Shown here piece by piece: positions 8,071-17,468 of a stretch of DNA of 64,000 nt (the first letter of the stretch is position 1; each line of letters opens with the position of its first letter). The DNA is from Phycisphaerae bacterium (GTDB lineage: Bacteria; Planctomycetota; Phycisphaerae; Phycisphaerales; UBA5793). Below the pieces are notes generated by a model. It saw only the letters and a program-made list of their open reading frames with translations. It had not been told where the DNA came from and made no database searches. The stretch covers positions 2,132 to 66,131 of the forward strand of contig JBDIVQ010000005.1 in NCBI GenBank assembly GCA_039794345.1, in the 5' to 3' direction. Made by a program: the position numbers and the translations under genes.

Positions 8071-9996
8071 TCAGCGCGCGGCGCACTCGACGTGCGGCTG
8101 AGGGAGCAGGCTTTCGATCTGGGCCACCAGTTCTGAAATGAGGAATGGCTTGCCCTGCACCTTGTTGATGCCGCGCGCGTTGACAAGGAAGCGATCGCGA
8201 ATGATGCGGACGAGCTGACCCTTGTTGAGTTCGGGGACGACGATGGTCTTGAATCGCCTGATGATCTCGCCGAGGTCGGGCGGAAGCGGGTTGATGTGGC
8301 GGAGGTGGACCGTTCCGACCTTGTGTCCGCGCTTGAGCAGTCGCTCGGTGGCGGCGTGGAGAGAGCCGTAGGTTCCGCCCCAGCCGATGAGGAGCAGATC
8401 TCCGCTCTTTTCGCCCTGGATTTCGGTGGGGGGAATGTCCTGTGCAACCTTCTCGACCTTGGCCTGGCGCAGATCGACCATGCGCTGGTGGTTCATCGGG
8501 TCGTAACTGACGTTGCCGGTGTTCTGGGCCTTTTCGAGTCCGCCGACGCGGTGTTCGAGTTTCGGCGTTCCGGGGATGGCCCACGGGCGCGCGAGGTTCT
8601 CGTTGCGGAGGTAGGGCCAGTAGACGTTGTTGCCTTCGCCCTCCGCCTCGTCGCTGTGCGCGTTGAACTCGGTGGCGTGGCGAACCTCGATGGGCTTGAG
8701 TTGGTTCATCCTGGGAAGCAGCCAGGGCTCGGCGCCGTTGGCGATGTAGCCGTCGGTGAGGAGCATGACCGGAGTCATGTACTTCGTCGCAAGGCGGATG
8801 GCCTCGACGGCAGCGTCGAAGCAGTCGCCGGGGCTGCGCGCCGCGATCACGATGCAGGGACACTCGCTGTTGCGGCCGTACACCGCCTGAAGGAGGTCGG
8901 CCTGCTCGGTCTTGGTGGGCAGTCCCGTGCTCGGGCCGCCGCGCTGAACGTTGATGACGACGATCGGCAGTTCGGTCATGACCGCCAGGCCGATGCCTTC
9001 GCCCTTGAGCGCAATGCCGGGGCCGGATGAGCCGGTGACGGCGATGTCGCCGACGAAGGAAGCGCCGATGGCGGCGCAGACCGCGGCGATCTCATCCTCC
9101 AACTGCAGCGTCTTGACGTGGTAGTTCTTGTAAGCGCTCAGGAAGTGGAGGATGTCCGAGGCGGGGGTGATGGGGTAGCCGGCGTAGGTGAGCGTCTTCT
9201 TCGCCAGTCGAGCGCCCGCGATGAGGCCCAGCGCCGTCGCCTCGTTGCCCGAGATCTGCCGGTACTTGCCCGGCGCGAGTTTGGCCCTGGGAACGATGTA
9301 GCGACTCTGGAACATCTCCGCCGTCTCGCCCATGTAGTAGCCGGCCTTGAGGGCGCGGATGTTGAGGTCGGCGAGTTCGGGCTGGTTCTTCTTCTTGGCG
9401 AAGAGGTCGGTGAGATGCTTGATGGTGGGCTCGAGGGAGCGGTCAAAGAGCCAGTACACGATGCCGAGCGTGTACATGTTCTTGGCGCGGCCGATGGCCT
9501 TGGCGCCCATGCCGGTCTCGGCGAGGGACTCCTCGCAGAGGCGCGAGATGGGGATCTTGTAGAGTTTGTAGTCCTTGAGCGAGCCGTCCTCGAGGGGGTT
9601 GCGCTCGTAGCCCGCCTTCTTGAGGTTGTTGTTGTTGAACGCGTCCTCGTTGACGATGAGGACGCCGCCCGCTTTGAGGTCGGCAAGGTTGGTCTTGAGT
9701 CCCGCGGGGTTCATTGCCACGAGGACGTCCACCTTGTCGCCCGGGGTGTAGATCTCGGTGCTCGCGAAGTTGACCTGGAATCCGGAGACGCCCGGCAGCG
9801 TGCCCGCCGGGGCGCGGATTTCGGCAGGGAAGTCGGGAAAGGTCGCCACGTCATTGCCGTAGATCGCCGAAGTCGTCGTGAACTCGCCGCCGGTCAATTG
9901 CATGCCGTCGCCCGAGTCGCCGCAGAACCGGATGACGGCGCCTTCGAGGGTTTCCGTGGAGTGCTTCTGGTCAACGGCCGACACTGGCGTGTTCAT
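8071..9996 (-). CDS. korA: 2-oxoglutarate/2-oxoacid:ferredoxin oxidoreductase, alpha subunit (fused gamma-alpha type)
   Basis: ORF 8071..10035. FCGDSGDGMQLTG N-terminal domain, GNEATALGLIAGA and GYPITPASDILHFL alpha-domain motifs. The track start at 10035 is a TTG. I prefer the ATG at 9996 (MNTPVSAV), but the start remains uncertain. Confidence 0.88.
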   Translation of the reverse strand: MNTPVSAVDQKHSTETLEGAVIRFCGDSGDGMQLTGGEFTTTSAIYGNDVATFPDFPAEIRAPAGTLPGVSGFQVNFASTEIYTPGDKVDVLVAMNPAGLKTNLADLKAGGVLIVNEDAFNNNNLKKAGYERNPLEDGSLKDYKLYKIPISRLCEESLAETGMGAKAIGRAKNMYTLGIVYWLFDRSLEPTIKHLTDLFAKKKNQPELADLNIRALKAGYYMGETAEMFQSRYIVPRAKLAPGKYRQISGNEATALGLIAGARLAKKTLTYAGYPITPASDILHFLSAYKNYHVKTLQLEDEIAAVCAAIGASFVGDIAVTGSSGPGIALKGEGIGLAVMTELPIVVINVQRGGPSTGLPTKTEQADLLQAVYGRNSECPCIVIAARSPGDCFDAAVEAIRLATKYMTPVMLLTDGYIANGAEPWLLPRMNQLKPIEVRHATEFNAHSDEAEGEGNNVYWPYLRNENLARPWAIPGTPKLEHRVGGLEKAQNTGNVSYDPMNHQRMVDLRQAKVEKVAQDIPPTEIQGEKSGDLLLIGWGGTYGSLHAATERLLKRGHKVGTVHLRHINPLPPDLGEIIRRFKTIVVPELNKGQLVRIIRDRFLVNARGINKVQGKPFLISELVAQIESLLPQPHVECAAR

Positions 9997-10227
9997 GTGA
10001 GGCAGCGTCCTTTTCCGCGCGAGAGAATGTGGCAATGGCGGGCCATCAATGCACGCGGACGGCGCGCGACTGACTCGCCAGCGGCGGCGCCGTCCCTTTG
10101 CCGGGCCTTCGGCCCGGACAGCTGCAAACTATAGGATGGAGCATCGGCGATATGAAAGCAGGTCAACACCCGAGAGCCGCGATAACCCCCGCGGGGACGG
10201 GGCGGCTCCGGGAGGGCGCCATGTCGC

Positions 10228-11484
10228 TCACCGCACCGCGGCACCGGGCTGGGCCTCCTCCCACGCCCGCCGCATCTCCTCGGCCGACAAGGGCGCCCGC
10301 GACTGCATCATGAGGACGAAGCAGTCGAAGAGATACGCCGCGTCGTGCGGGCCGGGAGAGGCCTCGGGATGGTACTGCACGGCGAAGATCGGCTTGCTCC
10401 GGTGTCGGAAGCCCGCCAAGGTCCCGTCGTTGAGGTTCACGTGCGTCGGCTCGCAGTCGGCACCCTCCATCGACGCCGTCTCCACGGCAAACCCGTGGTT
10501 CTGACTGGTGATCTCGACGTGCCCGGTGAGGAGGTTCCTGACGGGCTGGTTGGCGCCGCGGTGGCCGAACTTGAGTTTGTACGTCTTCGCTCCCAGCGCC
10601 AGGCAGAGGAGTTGATGGCCGAGGCAGATGCCAAACGTCGGCACCTCGCCGGCGATCTCGCGCAGCGTGGCGATCGTCGCGTCCACCGCGGCCGGGTCTC
10701 CCGGGCCGTTGCTCACGAACAGGCCGTCGGGCTTGAGTCGGCGGATGGCGTCGGCGGAGGCGTCGTGCGGGAGGACCATCACCTCGCAACCTCGCTCGGC
10801 GAGATGCCTGAGGATGTTGAGTTTCGCGCCGCAGTCGAGGGCCGCGACGCGGAACCGCTTCGCCGGTTCGTCGCGGCCCGAGGCTTCGTCCGTGAGTTCC
10901 GCCCAGACGCCGAGATCCTCGCTCCAGCCGTAGGGTCGCGCGACGCTGACGCCCGTGACAAGGTTGGCGCCGGCCATGCGGGGGCCGGATCGGGCCAGCG
11001 CGACGAGTTGTTCGTCGGTGAGCGATCCGTCCGCGCTCAGCACGCCGCGCATCGCGCCCTCGATCCGCAGGCGGCGCGTCAGGGCGCGGGTGTCAATCCC
11101 CTCGATGCCGGGAACGCCGGCGCGGGCCAGCCAGGTCGAGAGGTCGATCGTCGCCCGGTGGTTGCTCATCACGCGGCTGAGTTCGCGCACGACGAACCCG
11201 GCGACCTGAACGGACTTCGACTCCATGTCCTCCTCATTGACGCCGTAGTTGCCGATGAGCGGAGCGGTCATCGTCAGAATCTGCCCGGCGTAGGAGGGAT
11301 CGGTCAGGGCTTCCTGGTAGCCGGTCATGGCCGTATTGAAGACGACCTCCCCCGCAGCGGTCAGCGGCCGGCCCTTCGCCTCCGCGAGCGCGCCGAAGGC
11401 ACGCCCGTGGAACACGCTGCCATCCTCGAGGGCGAGGCGGGCGGCGGGGCGATCCGTCGAAGTTGAGTCGATCGGGGAACTCAT
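10228..11484 (-). CDS. carA: carbamoyl-phosphate synthase small (glutamine amidotransferase) subunit
   Basis: VFNTAMTGYQE N-domain. GATase triad contexts FGICLGHQLL and VQYHPE. The start is placed at the internal ATG (MSSPIDST), because the 38 upstream codons are Arg/Gly-rich. Confidence 0.9.
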   Translation of the reverse strand: MSSPIDSTSTDRPAARLALEDGSVFHGRAFGALAEAKGRPLTAAGEVVFNTAMTGYQEALTDPSYAGQILTMTAPLIGNYGVNEEDMESKSVQVAGFVVRELSRVMSNHRATIDLSTWLARAGVPGIEGIDTRALTRRLRIEGAMRGVLSADGSLTDEQLVALARSGPRMAGANLVTGVSVARPYGWSEDLGVWAELTDEASGRDEPAKRFRVAALDCGAKLNILRHLAERGCEVMVLPHDASADAIRRLKPDGLFVSNGPGDPAAVDATIATLREIAGEVPTFGICLGHQLLCLALGAKTYKLKFGHRGANQPVRNLLTGHVEITSQNHGFAVETASMEGADCEPTHVNLNDGTLAGFRHRSKPIFAVQYHPEASPGPHDAAYLFDCFVLMMQSRAPLSAEEMRRAWEEAQPGAAVR

Positions 11485-11537
11485 GGGGTCTCCGGGTGAT
11501 TGAAGGCGGGCGATCCCCCGCGGGCCAATTCGAGGTG

Positions 11538-12476
11538 CTACATCTCCAGGCGCCCGATGAGTTCGGCGACGTCGGCGCATCCCTGCCCCTCGACCCACCG
11601 CGCCAGTCCACTGACGACCCGGAGCGGCAGGCGCGGGTCAACGAACAGCGCGGTGCCCATGCCGACGGCCGTCGCGCCGGCGAGGATGAACTCCGCCGCA
11701 TCCTCCCAGCGCATCACGCCGCCGAGGCCGATGATCGGCACTCCGGCGTCGCGCGCCACGCGGCGATACACCTCGTGGACCAGGCGCACGGCGATGGGAT
11801 GGATGCCCGGCCCGCTGTAGCCCGCCGTGCCGTTGGCGATGCGAGGCCGTCGCGTGTGTACGTCGATCGCCAGCGCCGTGAACGTGTTGATGAGCGTGAG
11901 CGCATCGGCGCCGGCCTCGACCGCTGCGGCCGCGAGTTTGACGATCGCCGACGCGTTGGGGCTGAGTTTGACGATCAGTTTCGAGCGTGTGACGGCCGGT
12001 CGCACTTCCGCCAGCAGCGCGCGAAGAGATGCGGGATCGTCGCCGAAGATCAGGCCGTCTGCCGTGTTCGGGCAACTCACGTTCAGTTCAATTGCGGGCA
12101 GGTGAGGCGAGGCGTCGAAGGCCGCCGCGATCTTCACATAGTCGGCGATGCTGTTGCCGGCGACGGAGCCGATGACGACGGCGGGGCAGGCCGCCGCGCG
12201 CGGCAGCGCCTCGCGCACAAAGGCGTCCAGGCCCATGTTCGCCAGGCCGATGGCGTTGAGCAGGCCCGCGGGCGCATCGAGGATCCGCCAGGGGCGATTG
12301 CCCTCGCGCGCCTCGACCGTAATGGACTTGGTGACGACCGCGCCGATCCGCGAGAGGTCGAGCACATCGGCCATTTCATCGACGTAGCCGCACGTCCCCG
12401 CCGCGAGAATGACGGGATTGCGCAGCGGCACGCCGCACAGGTTCGTCGCCAGGGATGGGTGGGTCGCATCGGCCAT
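11538..12476 (-). CDS. pyrD: dihydroorotate dehydrogenase (class 1-like catalytic subunit)
   Basis: C-terminal 312 aa of ORF 11538..13112. Motifs: LRNPVILAAGT, IELNVSCPN, GYSGPGIHPIA and IIGLGGV (TIM-barrel DHODase). The upstream 212 codons overlap the next gene and are Arg/Ser/Ala-rich (out-of-frame shadow), so the start is set at MADATHPS. Confidence 0.85.
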   Translation of the reverse strand: MADATHPSLATNLCGVPLRNPVILAAGTCGYVDEMADVLDLSRIGAVVTKSITVEAREGNRPWRILDAPAGLLNAIGLANMGLDAFVREALPRAAACPAVVIGSVAGNSIADYVKIAAAFDASPHLPAIELNVSCPNTADGLIFGDDPASLRALLAEVRPAVTRSKLIVKLSPNASAIVKLAAAAVEAGADALTLINTFTALAIDVHTRRPRIANGTAGYSGPGIHPIAVRLVHEVYRRVARDAGVPIIGLGGVMRWEDAAEFILAGATAVGMGTALFVDPRLPLRVVSGLARWVEGQGCADVAELIGRLEM

Positions 12477-12540
12477 GCGTCGGCGGTCGGCACCATGGTA
12501 GTGCCGACCGGAGCCCGCCGCCCGCCGGTTTGCCGCCGGT

Positions 12541-13776
12541 TCACACCGACACGCCGGCGACGTAGCCGCTCGACCACGCCCACTGGAAGTTGTAGCCGCC
12601 GATGCGCCCGTCCACGTCGCAGATCTCCCCGCACAGAAACAGCCCGGGGCAGCAGCGCGACTCCATCGTGGCGAGGTTGAGTTCGCGCAGGGGCACTCCG
12701 CCTGCGGTGACTTCCGCGACGTTGAATCCGCGATCGCCGGTAACGGGCAGTGGCATCTCGGCAATGACGCGCGCCAGCCGGCGTCGCGCCTCGCGCGGCA
12801 GGCGGCTGATCGGCGTAGCCGCCTCGACGCCCGCCTCGCCGCACAGCGCCCGGGCGAGGCGCTCCGCCAGCCGCTCGCGGAGGACGGCGAGAACGCTCCG
12901 ATCATCGCGAGCCTGAAGCCACCGGTCCAGGGACTCGAAGGTCTCGCCGGGTAGCCAGTTGATGACGAGGGTCGTCCCCGCGTCATCGGCGCGCGCGTCG
13001 AGAAAGTAGCGGCTGATGTCCAGCACGCAGGGGCCCGAAAGGCCGAAGTGCGTGCAGAGCATCGAGCCGGTGAAGGAGACGATGCGTCGGCCCGCAGCCG
13101 AGCGGACTTCAAGCGCCGCGTTGAGCGTCACGCCGCTGAGCGCTCGAACGAAGTGATCCGGCGGGAGGGCGAGTGGAACGAGGGCCGGGAGGATGCGCGG
13201 CGTGAGCGAATGGCCCATGCTCCGCGCGAGTTCGTACCCGCGCCCGTCGGAACCGGACTTGGGCAGGCTCCGACCGCCGGTGGCGAGCACGATGCGCGCC
13301 GCCCGCACATCCCCTCTTGCGGTGTCGAGAATGAATTCGGCGCCGTCGCGTCTCAGACGTTCGACTCGGCACGATTCGATGACCTCGACGCCCACGCCCT
13401 GTACTTCCCGGCGGAGCGCTTCGAGGACCGTCGCGGCGTCATCGCTGACGGGAAAGAGCTTTCCCGTCTCTTCCCGTTTGAGAACGACGCCGATTTGCGA
13501 AAAAAATGTGACCGTCTCCTCGGCGGTGAACCGTTGCAGAACCTTGCGAATTGCGTTCGGAGTTGATCCGGCGAACTCCCGTTCGGAGACGAAGTCGTGC
13601 GTGACGTTGCAGCGGCCGCCGCCGGAGACGAGGATCTTGGCGCCGAGCCTTGCGGCGCCGTCGAGAATGAGTATGCGTCGCGCTCTCGAGTCGCGCGAGT
13701 TTACCCGGCCTGCCCAGATTGCCGACATCAAGCCTGCCGCACCTCCTCCCACGATCACGACATCCGCGCGGATCAT
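12541..13776 (-). CDS. NAD(P)/FAD-dependent oxidoreductase, HI0933/YhiN (BaiN-like) family
   Basis: DVVIVGGGAAGLMSA dinucleotide fold, GGGRCNVTH, and C-terminal LFLCGEICDVDGRIGGYNFQWAWSSG. The start is chosen at MIRADVV; the track ORF starts 13 codons earlier. Confidence 0.85.
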   Translation of the reverse strand: MIRADVVIVGGGAAGLMSAIWAGRVNSRDSRARRILILDGAARLGAKILVSGGGRCNVTHDFVSEREFAGSTPNAIRKVLQRFTAEETVTFFSQIGVVLKREETGKLFPVSDDAATVLEALRREVQGVGVEVIESCRVERLRRDGAEFILDTARGDVRAARIVLATGGRSLPKSGSDGRGYELARSMGHSLTPRILPALVPLALPPDHFVRALSGVTLNAALEVRSAAGRRIVSFTGSMLCTHFGLSGPCVLDISRYFLDARADDAGTTLVINWLPGETFESLDRWLQARDDRSVLAVLRERLAERLARALCGEAGVEAATPISRLPREARRRLARVIAEMPLPVTGDRGFNVAEVTAGGVPLRELNLATMESRCCPGLFLCGEICDVDGRIGGYNFQWAWSSGYVAGVSV

Positions 13777-14148
13777 GCGCAGAGCATAGTCCCGCCAGCG
13801 AGTACCTCGTCGCACGCGTCCACTTCGCGCCGCGGCGCGCAGACTGCCGGCGCGCGCCTTGCCTGTGACCGTTGAGCAGGAACAATCACCCGCCTTCGAT
13901 CCGGGGGTTTACCCGATGCGACTCCTTCGCATCGGGCCGGAAGCGCCGGTAGCGCCTGTCGGGCGCTCTTCCAGGTGAAGACCGTTGCCGTTCGCGGCGC
14001 CGCCGGCGCCGCGCGGCTCTGACAAAACGCATTGTCCGCACACACGGGTCCGATGCAAACGGACTCGCGCAGGCAACGCGAAGCGCCTCGCCCATGCAGC
14101 GAGGACACAACTTGAAGCGCCAGCGCGCTTCAAAACAGGGGGAACCGG

Positions 14149-15780
14149 ATGACGATCCATTTTTCGTGGACCGCCGTGATCGCTGCAGCAATCATCGGAG
14201 GCGGTGGTGCCATCTCACCGGGACAAGTCACTGATGGATACGCCCAGTGGCGCGGCGCCTCACTCACTGCTGTTGAGAGCGGCAAGGAAGGCCATCCCGC
14301 CAACTGCGTCTGGCTTCGCCGTTTCGATCCTCCCAGGCGCGAACTTCTCATCTCCCTGCTCCCGGTGGGCGAACTCTGGTCCATCTGGACGCCGGGTCTG
14401 GGCGTGCTTCGCCTTCCCGTCGATCTGCCCCTCTACCTCACGACCGAGTGCAGCGTGCAGACGAAGGTGACGGTCCAGCCCTACGGCTTTTCCATCAACT
14501 ACACGGTCAGCAACCGCACCGGCGTGGAGCAGCCCCTGCCCACGCTCCAGGTGCCCGGCCACGCGCTCGGCAGCGCCATCGAGCATCTCGATCATCGCGT
14601 CGGGAGTGTCTGGGAGGCGTTTGACGCCGGCAACGGCGAGCAGTTCTCCTCCCGCAAGGCGCCCTACCCCGAGTCGCTCTACTCACCGGTCATCATCATT
14701 CGCGACGGGCGCTTCGCGCTGGGGGCCTCGCTCGAGTACGACGTCTTGCGCTATCGGCACCAGGTGCGCACGCACGTCTACCGCGGTTCGCTGAGCAGCC
14801 CGTACGGCACGCACTGGACGACGCGGTTCTACCTCGACGGGACGCTGCCCCACGGCGCCTCCCGCACCTACGTCATCAACGTCTGGTACAACGAGCCGCA
14901 GGACTGGATTCATACCATGCGGCCCTATCGCAAGTTCCTCGAGTCGGAGTACGGCCAGGTCCGCTACCAGCAGGACATGCGCCCGGTCTACCTCGTGCAA
15001 CTTGGAGACACCCGCCGCCTCGCCGGCGACAATCGCCGCGGATTCAATGGTCAGCGCGCCGACATGTTCGGCTTCCGCAACGACGTCACCAACATCATCA
15101 ACACGTGCCTCGACGGCGGATACCGCCGCGCCATGGTGCGAACCTGCGCCGGGGTCTACTACGTCAACCGGCAGAACAACTTCCCCCCGCAGATCATGAC
15201 CGAATGGACGCCGCCAATGCTCCTCACCGGGCACGAGTGGAAGCGCCTCGGCGCCGCCGGCATCGACCTCCTCTTCTGGTGGGGACGAAGCGGCCAGATC
15301 GCCGAACGCTGGGACGACGACGTTCTCGACCACTTCGATCCCACGAATCCCGAGCATGCGGCGCGCATGCTTCGCGAATGGACCGGCGCGATCAATGTCG
15401 GGGCGTCCGGGCTGGGGCTTGACAAGTTCACCCAACTCATGCCGTGGGAGGCCTTCCCCTGGCTGGAGACGCTGTTTGCCCTCAAGCCCGACGCCCGCTT
15501 CGTCGCCGAGCCCGCCGCCTACGACATCCTCAACATCAACCTCCCTACTTTCCTCTACTCCGAGGACGTGCGCGATCAACCGCACCTGCTCGCGGACTTT
15601 CTCGTGCCCGGCCGGGAGATGTGGGTCGAACTCGGCGGCGAGGATGTTGACCTGACGCGCGCGATTGAACTGATCTTCAACGGCTACACAATCGTCGCCA
15701 ACACGGAGCTGTTCGATGCCGAGGACCTGATGGAGGCCGTTCGCCGCGCCCAGGGCTGCGGCAACGCCCCCGGACCGTAG
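14149..15780 (+). CDS. hypothetical secreted protein; the C-terminal half looks like a glycoside-hydrolase-type TIM barrel (weak inference)
   Basis: 543 aa with a signal-like N-terminus (WTAVIAAAIIGGGGA). No motif I can name with certainty. FDPTNPEHAARM and GASGLGLDKF resemble GH13/31/36-style strands. Codon third positions are G/C-rich, so it is a real CDS. Confidence 0.6.
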   Translation: MTIHFSWTAVIAAAIIGGGGAISPGQVTDGYAQWRGASLTAVESGKEGHPANCVWLRRFDPPRRELLISLLPVGELWSIWTPGLGVLRLPVDLPLYLTTECSVQTKVTVQPYGFSINYTVSNRTGVEQPLPTLQVPGHALGSAIEHLDHRVGSVWEAFDAGNGEQFSSRKAPYPESLYSPVIIIRDGRFALGASLEYDVLRYRHQVRTHVYRGSLSSPYGTHWTTRFYLDGTLPHGASRTYVINVWYNEPQDWIHTMRPYRKFLESEYGQVRYQQDMRPVYLVQLGDTRRLAGDNRRGFNGQRADMFGFRNDVTNIINTCLDGGYRRAMVRTCAGVYYVNRQNNFPPQIMTEWTPPMLLTGHEWKRLGAAGIDLLFWWGRSGQIAERWDDDVLDHFDPTNPEHAARMLREWTGAINVGASGLGLDKFTQLMPWEAFPWLETLFALKPDARFVAEPAAYDILNINLPTFLYSEDVRDQPHLLADFLVPGREMWVELGGEDVDLTRAIELIFNGYTIVANTELFDAEDLMEAVRRAQGCGNAPGP

Positions 15781-15804
15781 CCGCACCGGTTGATCTCCTG
15801 CGAG

Positions 15805-16497
15805 TTACGGCTCGGTCCACGCCCTGGGGATCGGCGCTTCAATCACGACGCCGTCGAGGGCAAGGCGCCACGCGTGCAGCCCGAAGCGGCCCGGCCATGC
15901 CTGGCCTTCGTAGAGCGGATCGCCGCGCAGGGGATGGCCGAGATGCGCCAGCCCGGCACGAATCTGGTGTCGCCGGCCGGGACCGATGATCTCGACCTCC
16001 AGCAGCGTATGACCATCCAGACTTCGCAGCGCGCGCCACCGGCACCGGCCGCGCTGCGCCTCGTCGCCGCGCGGCGATACGAGGATCTTCTTTGAGCGCC
16101 GGTGACGCGACCGGAAGAACAAGTCGAACGACCCATCGCCGATCTCCCCCTGCGCCTGCGCGAGGTAGACCTTTGACAACCCCCGTCGCCTGCCCTGCAC
16201 CATGGCGCGCAGGCGTTCGAGCGCCTCGACCGAGCGCGCCGCCAGCACGCAGCCGGACGTGAGTTGGTCGAGGCGGTGCGCCAGGCCGCCTTCCGGCAGT
16301 TCGCGCTGATCAGGCCGCTGTCGGACGAGCCACTCCTCGAGGACCGGCGCGGCCTCGGCCGCCCTCTCGTCCTCGCAACCTCCCTCAATCGCTCGCCCTC
16401 CCGCGCGCACGCAATGCCACCCGCCGGGCTTGTTGACAACGAGCCACTCGCTGGTTTCGTGAAGGACGACGGGTTGGTCGGAGGGGGAGTCCGGCAT
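15805..16497 (-). CDS. RluA-family pseudouridine synthase
   Basis: HRLDQLTSGCVLAA catalytic Asp motif and GRRHQIRAGLAHLGHPLRGDPLY. Confidence 0.85.
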   Translation of the reverse strand: MPDSPSDQPVVLHETSEWLVVNKPGGWHCVRAGGRAIEGGCEDERAAEAAPVLEEWLVRQRPDQRELPEGGLAHRLDQLTSGCVLAARSVEALERLRAMVQGRRRGLSKVYLAQAQGEIGDGSFDLFFRSRHRRSKKILVSPRGDEAQRGRCRWRALRSLDGHTLLEVEIIGPGRRHQIRAGLAHLGHPLRGDPLYEGQAWPGRFGLHAWRLALDGVVIEAPIPRAWTEP

Positions 16498-16586
16498 GGT
16501 CGCGGCCTGCCCGATTATCGCGGGCCGCGCTCGTCCTGCCCGGTCGTGCGGATGAACGGGCGCCGGGGCGGCGGTATGCTCATGGC

Positions 16587-17468
16587 ATGAGCCGGCGGCT
16601 ATTGAGCCTGGGTGAGGCGATCGAGTGCATCGAGGATCGCTGGATCGGTCTTCGCCGGCCCCACCCGCAGCGCCTCTTCCGCGGCGGCGCTCACCCCTCG
16701 AACTCGCTCGCTGCGCCCTTCCGCGTCGATCAGCCAGCGACCGACTACTGCCCGCGCTGCGGTTCCTCGGTGGGCGGAGGTGAGTTCATCGAGGGCGCCG
16801 GGTGCGGCTCCTGCCGGCGACGGCGGCACCCATGGGAGCGCCTCGTCCGTCTCGGCCGCTTCGAGGGCGACCTGCGCGAGTGGATTCACGAGATCAAGTT
16901 CAACGCCTGGGACGCGATGGGCGTCGAACTCGGCCGCATCCTCGGCGGTCGCCTTCACGAGGCCGGCGTCGAGGCCGATGCGATCGTGCCCGTGCCCGTT
17001 TCACCGTGGCGGCGGTGGCGGCGCGGCATCGACCACACGCGCACAATTGCCGGCGGCGTTGCATCGGTCCTTCGCCTGCCCGTGGTCGGCGCCATGAAGC
17101 GCCGGGGCCGTCCGCCGCAGCGAGCCGTCCCCGCCTCGCAGCGGCGCGACAACGTGCGCGGCGCCTTCTCGATGCGCCGCTGGCACGGGCTGGACGGTTG
17201 CCGGATCATCCTCATCGACGACGTGACGACAACGCGCGCGACGCTCACCGAAGCCTGCAACACTCTCCGCGCCGCCGGCGTCGATTCGATCATCGCCGCC
17301 GTTCTGGCCGTCACGGAGGCCTCGCGTGCGCGGCCCGCCTCGGCTGCGGCGGACGCCTGCGGTGAACCCCTCATTGAAGTGAAGGGCGATGGCGTGCCCG
17401 CGGCGCCTCCGATACCATCGCCGTCAACGGCGGCGCCGCCCTCGCCCCGTTCGGGAGTTTCGCCATGA
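16587..17468 (+). CDS. comF: ComF-family phosphoribosyltransferase-like protein
   Basis: N-terminal Cys pairs (CPRCGS...CGSC). PRTase loop ILIDDVTTTRATL. It carries a Pro/Ala-rich C-terminal extension, and its stop overlaps the next start (ATGA). Confidence 0.8.
   Translation: MSRRLLSLGEAIECIEDRWIGLRRPHPQRLFRGGAHPSNSLAAPFRVDQPATDYCPRCGSSVGGGEFIEGAGCGSCRRRRHPWERLVRLGRFEGDLREWIHEIKFNAWDAMGVELGRILGGRLHEAGVEADAIVPVPVSPWRRWRRGIDHTRTIAGGVASVLRLPVVGAMKRRGRPPQRAVPASQRRDNVRGAFSMRRWHGLDGCRIILIDDVTTTRATLTEACNTLRAAGVDSIIAAVLAVTEASRARPASAAADACGEPLIEVKGDGVPAAPPIPSPSTAAPPSPRSGVSP

Noticed and set aside
11538-13112. N-terminal 212-codon extension of the pyrD ORF; similar extensions occur for udg (to 32424), the isomerase (to 33710), bcp (to 28216) and dinB (from 18990)
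   Set aside because: The extensions overlap neighbouring real genes, are Arg/Ser/Ala/Pro-rich, and precede internal ATGs where recognisable domain sequence begins.
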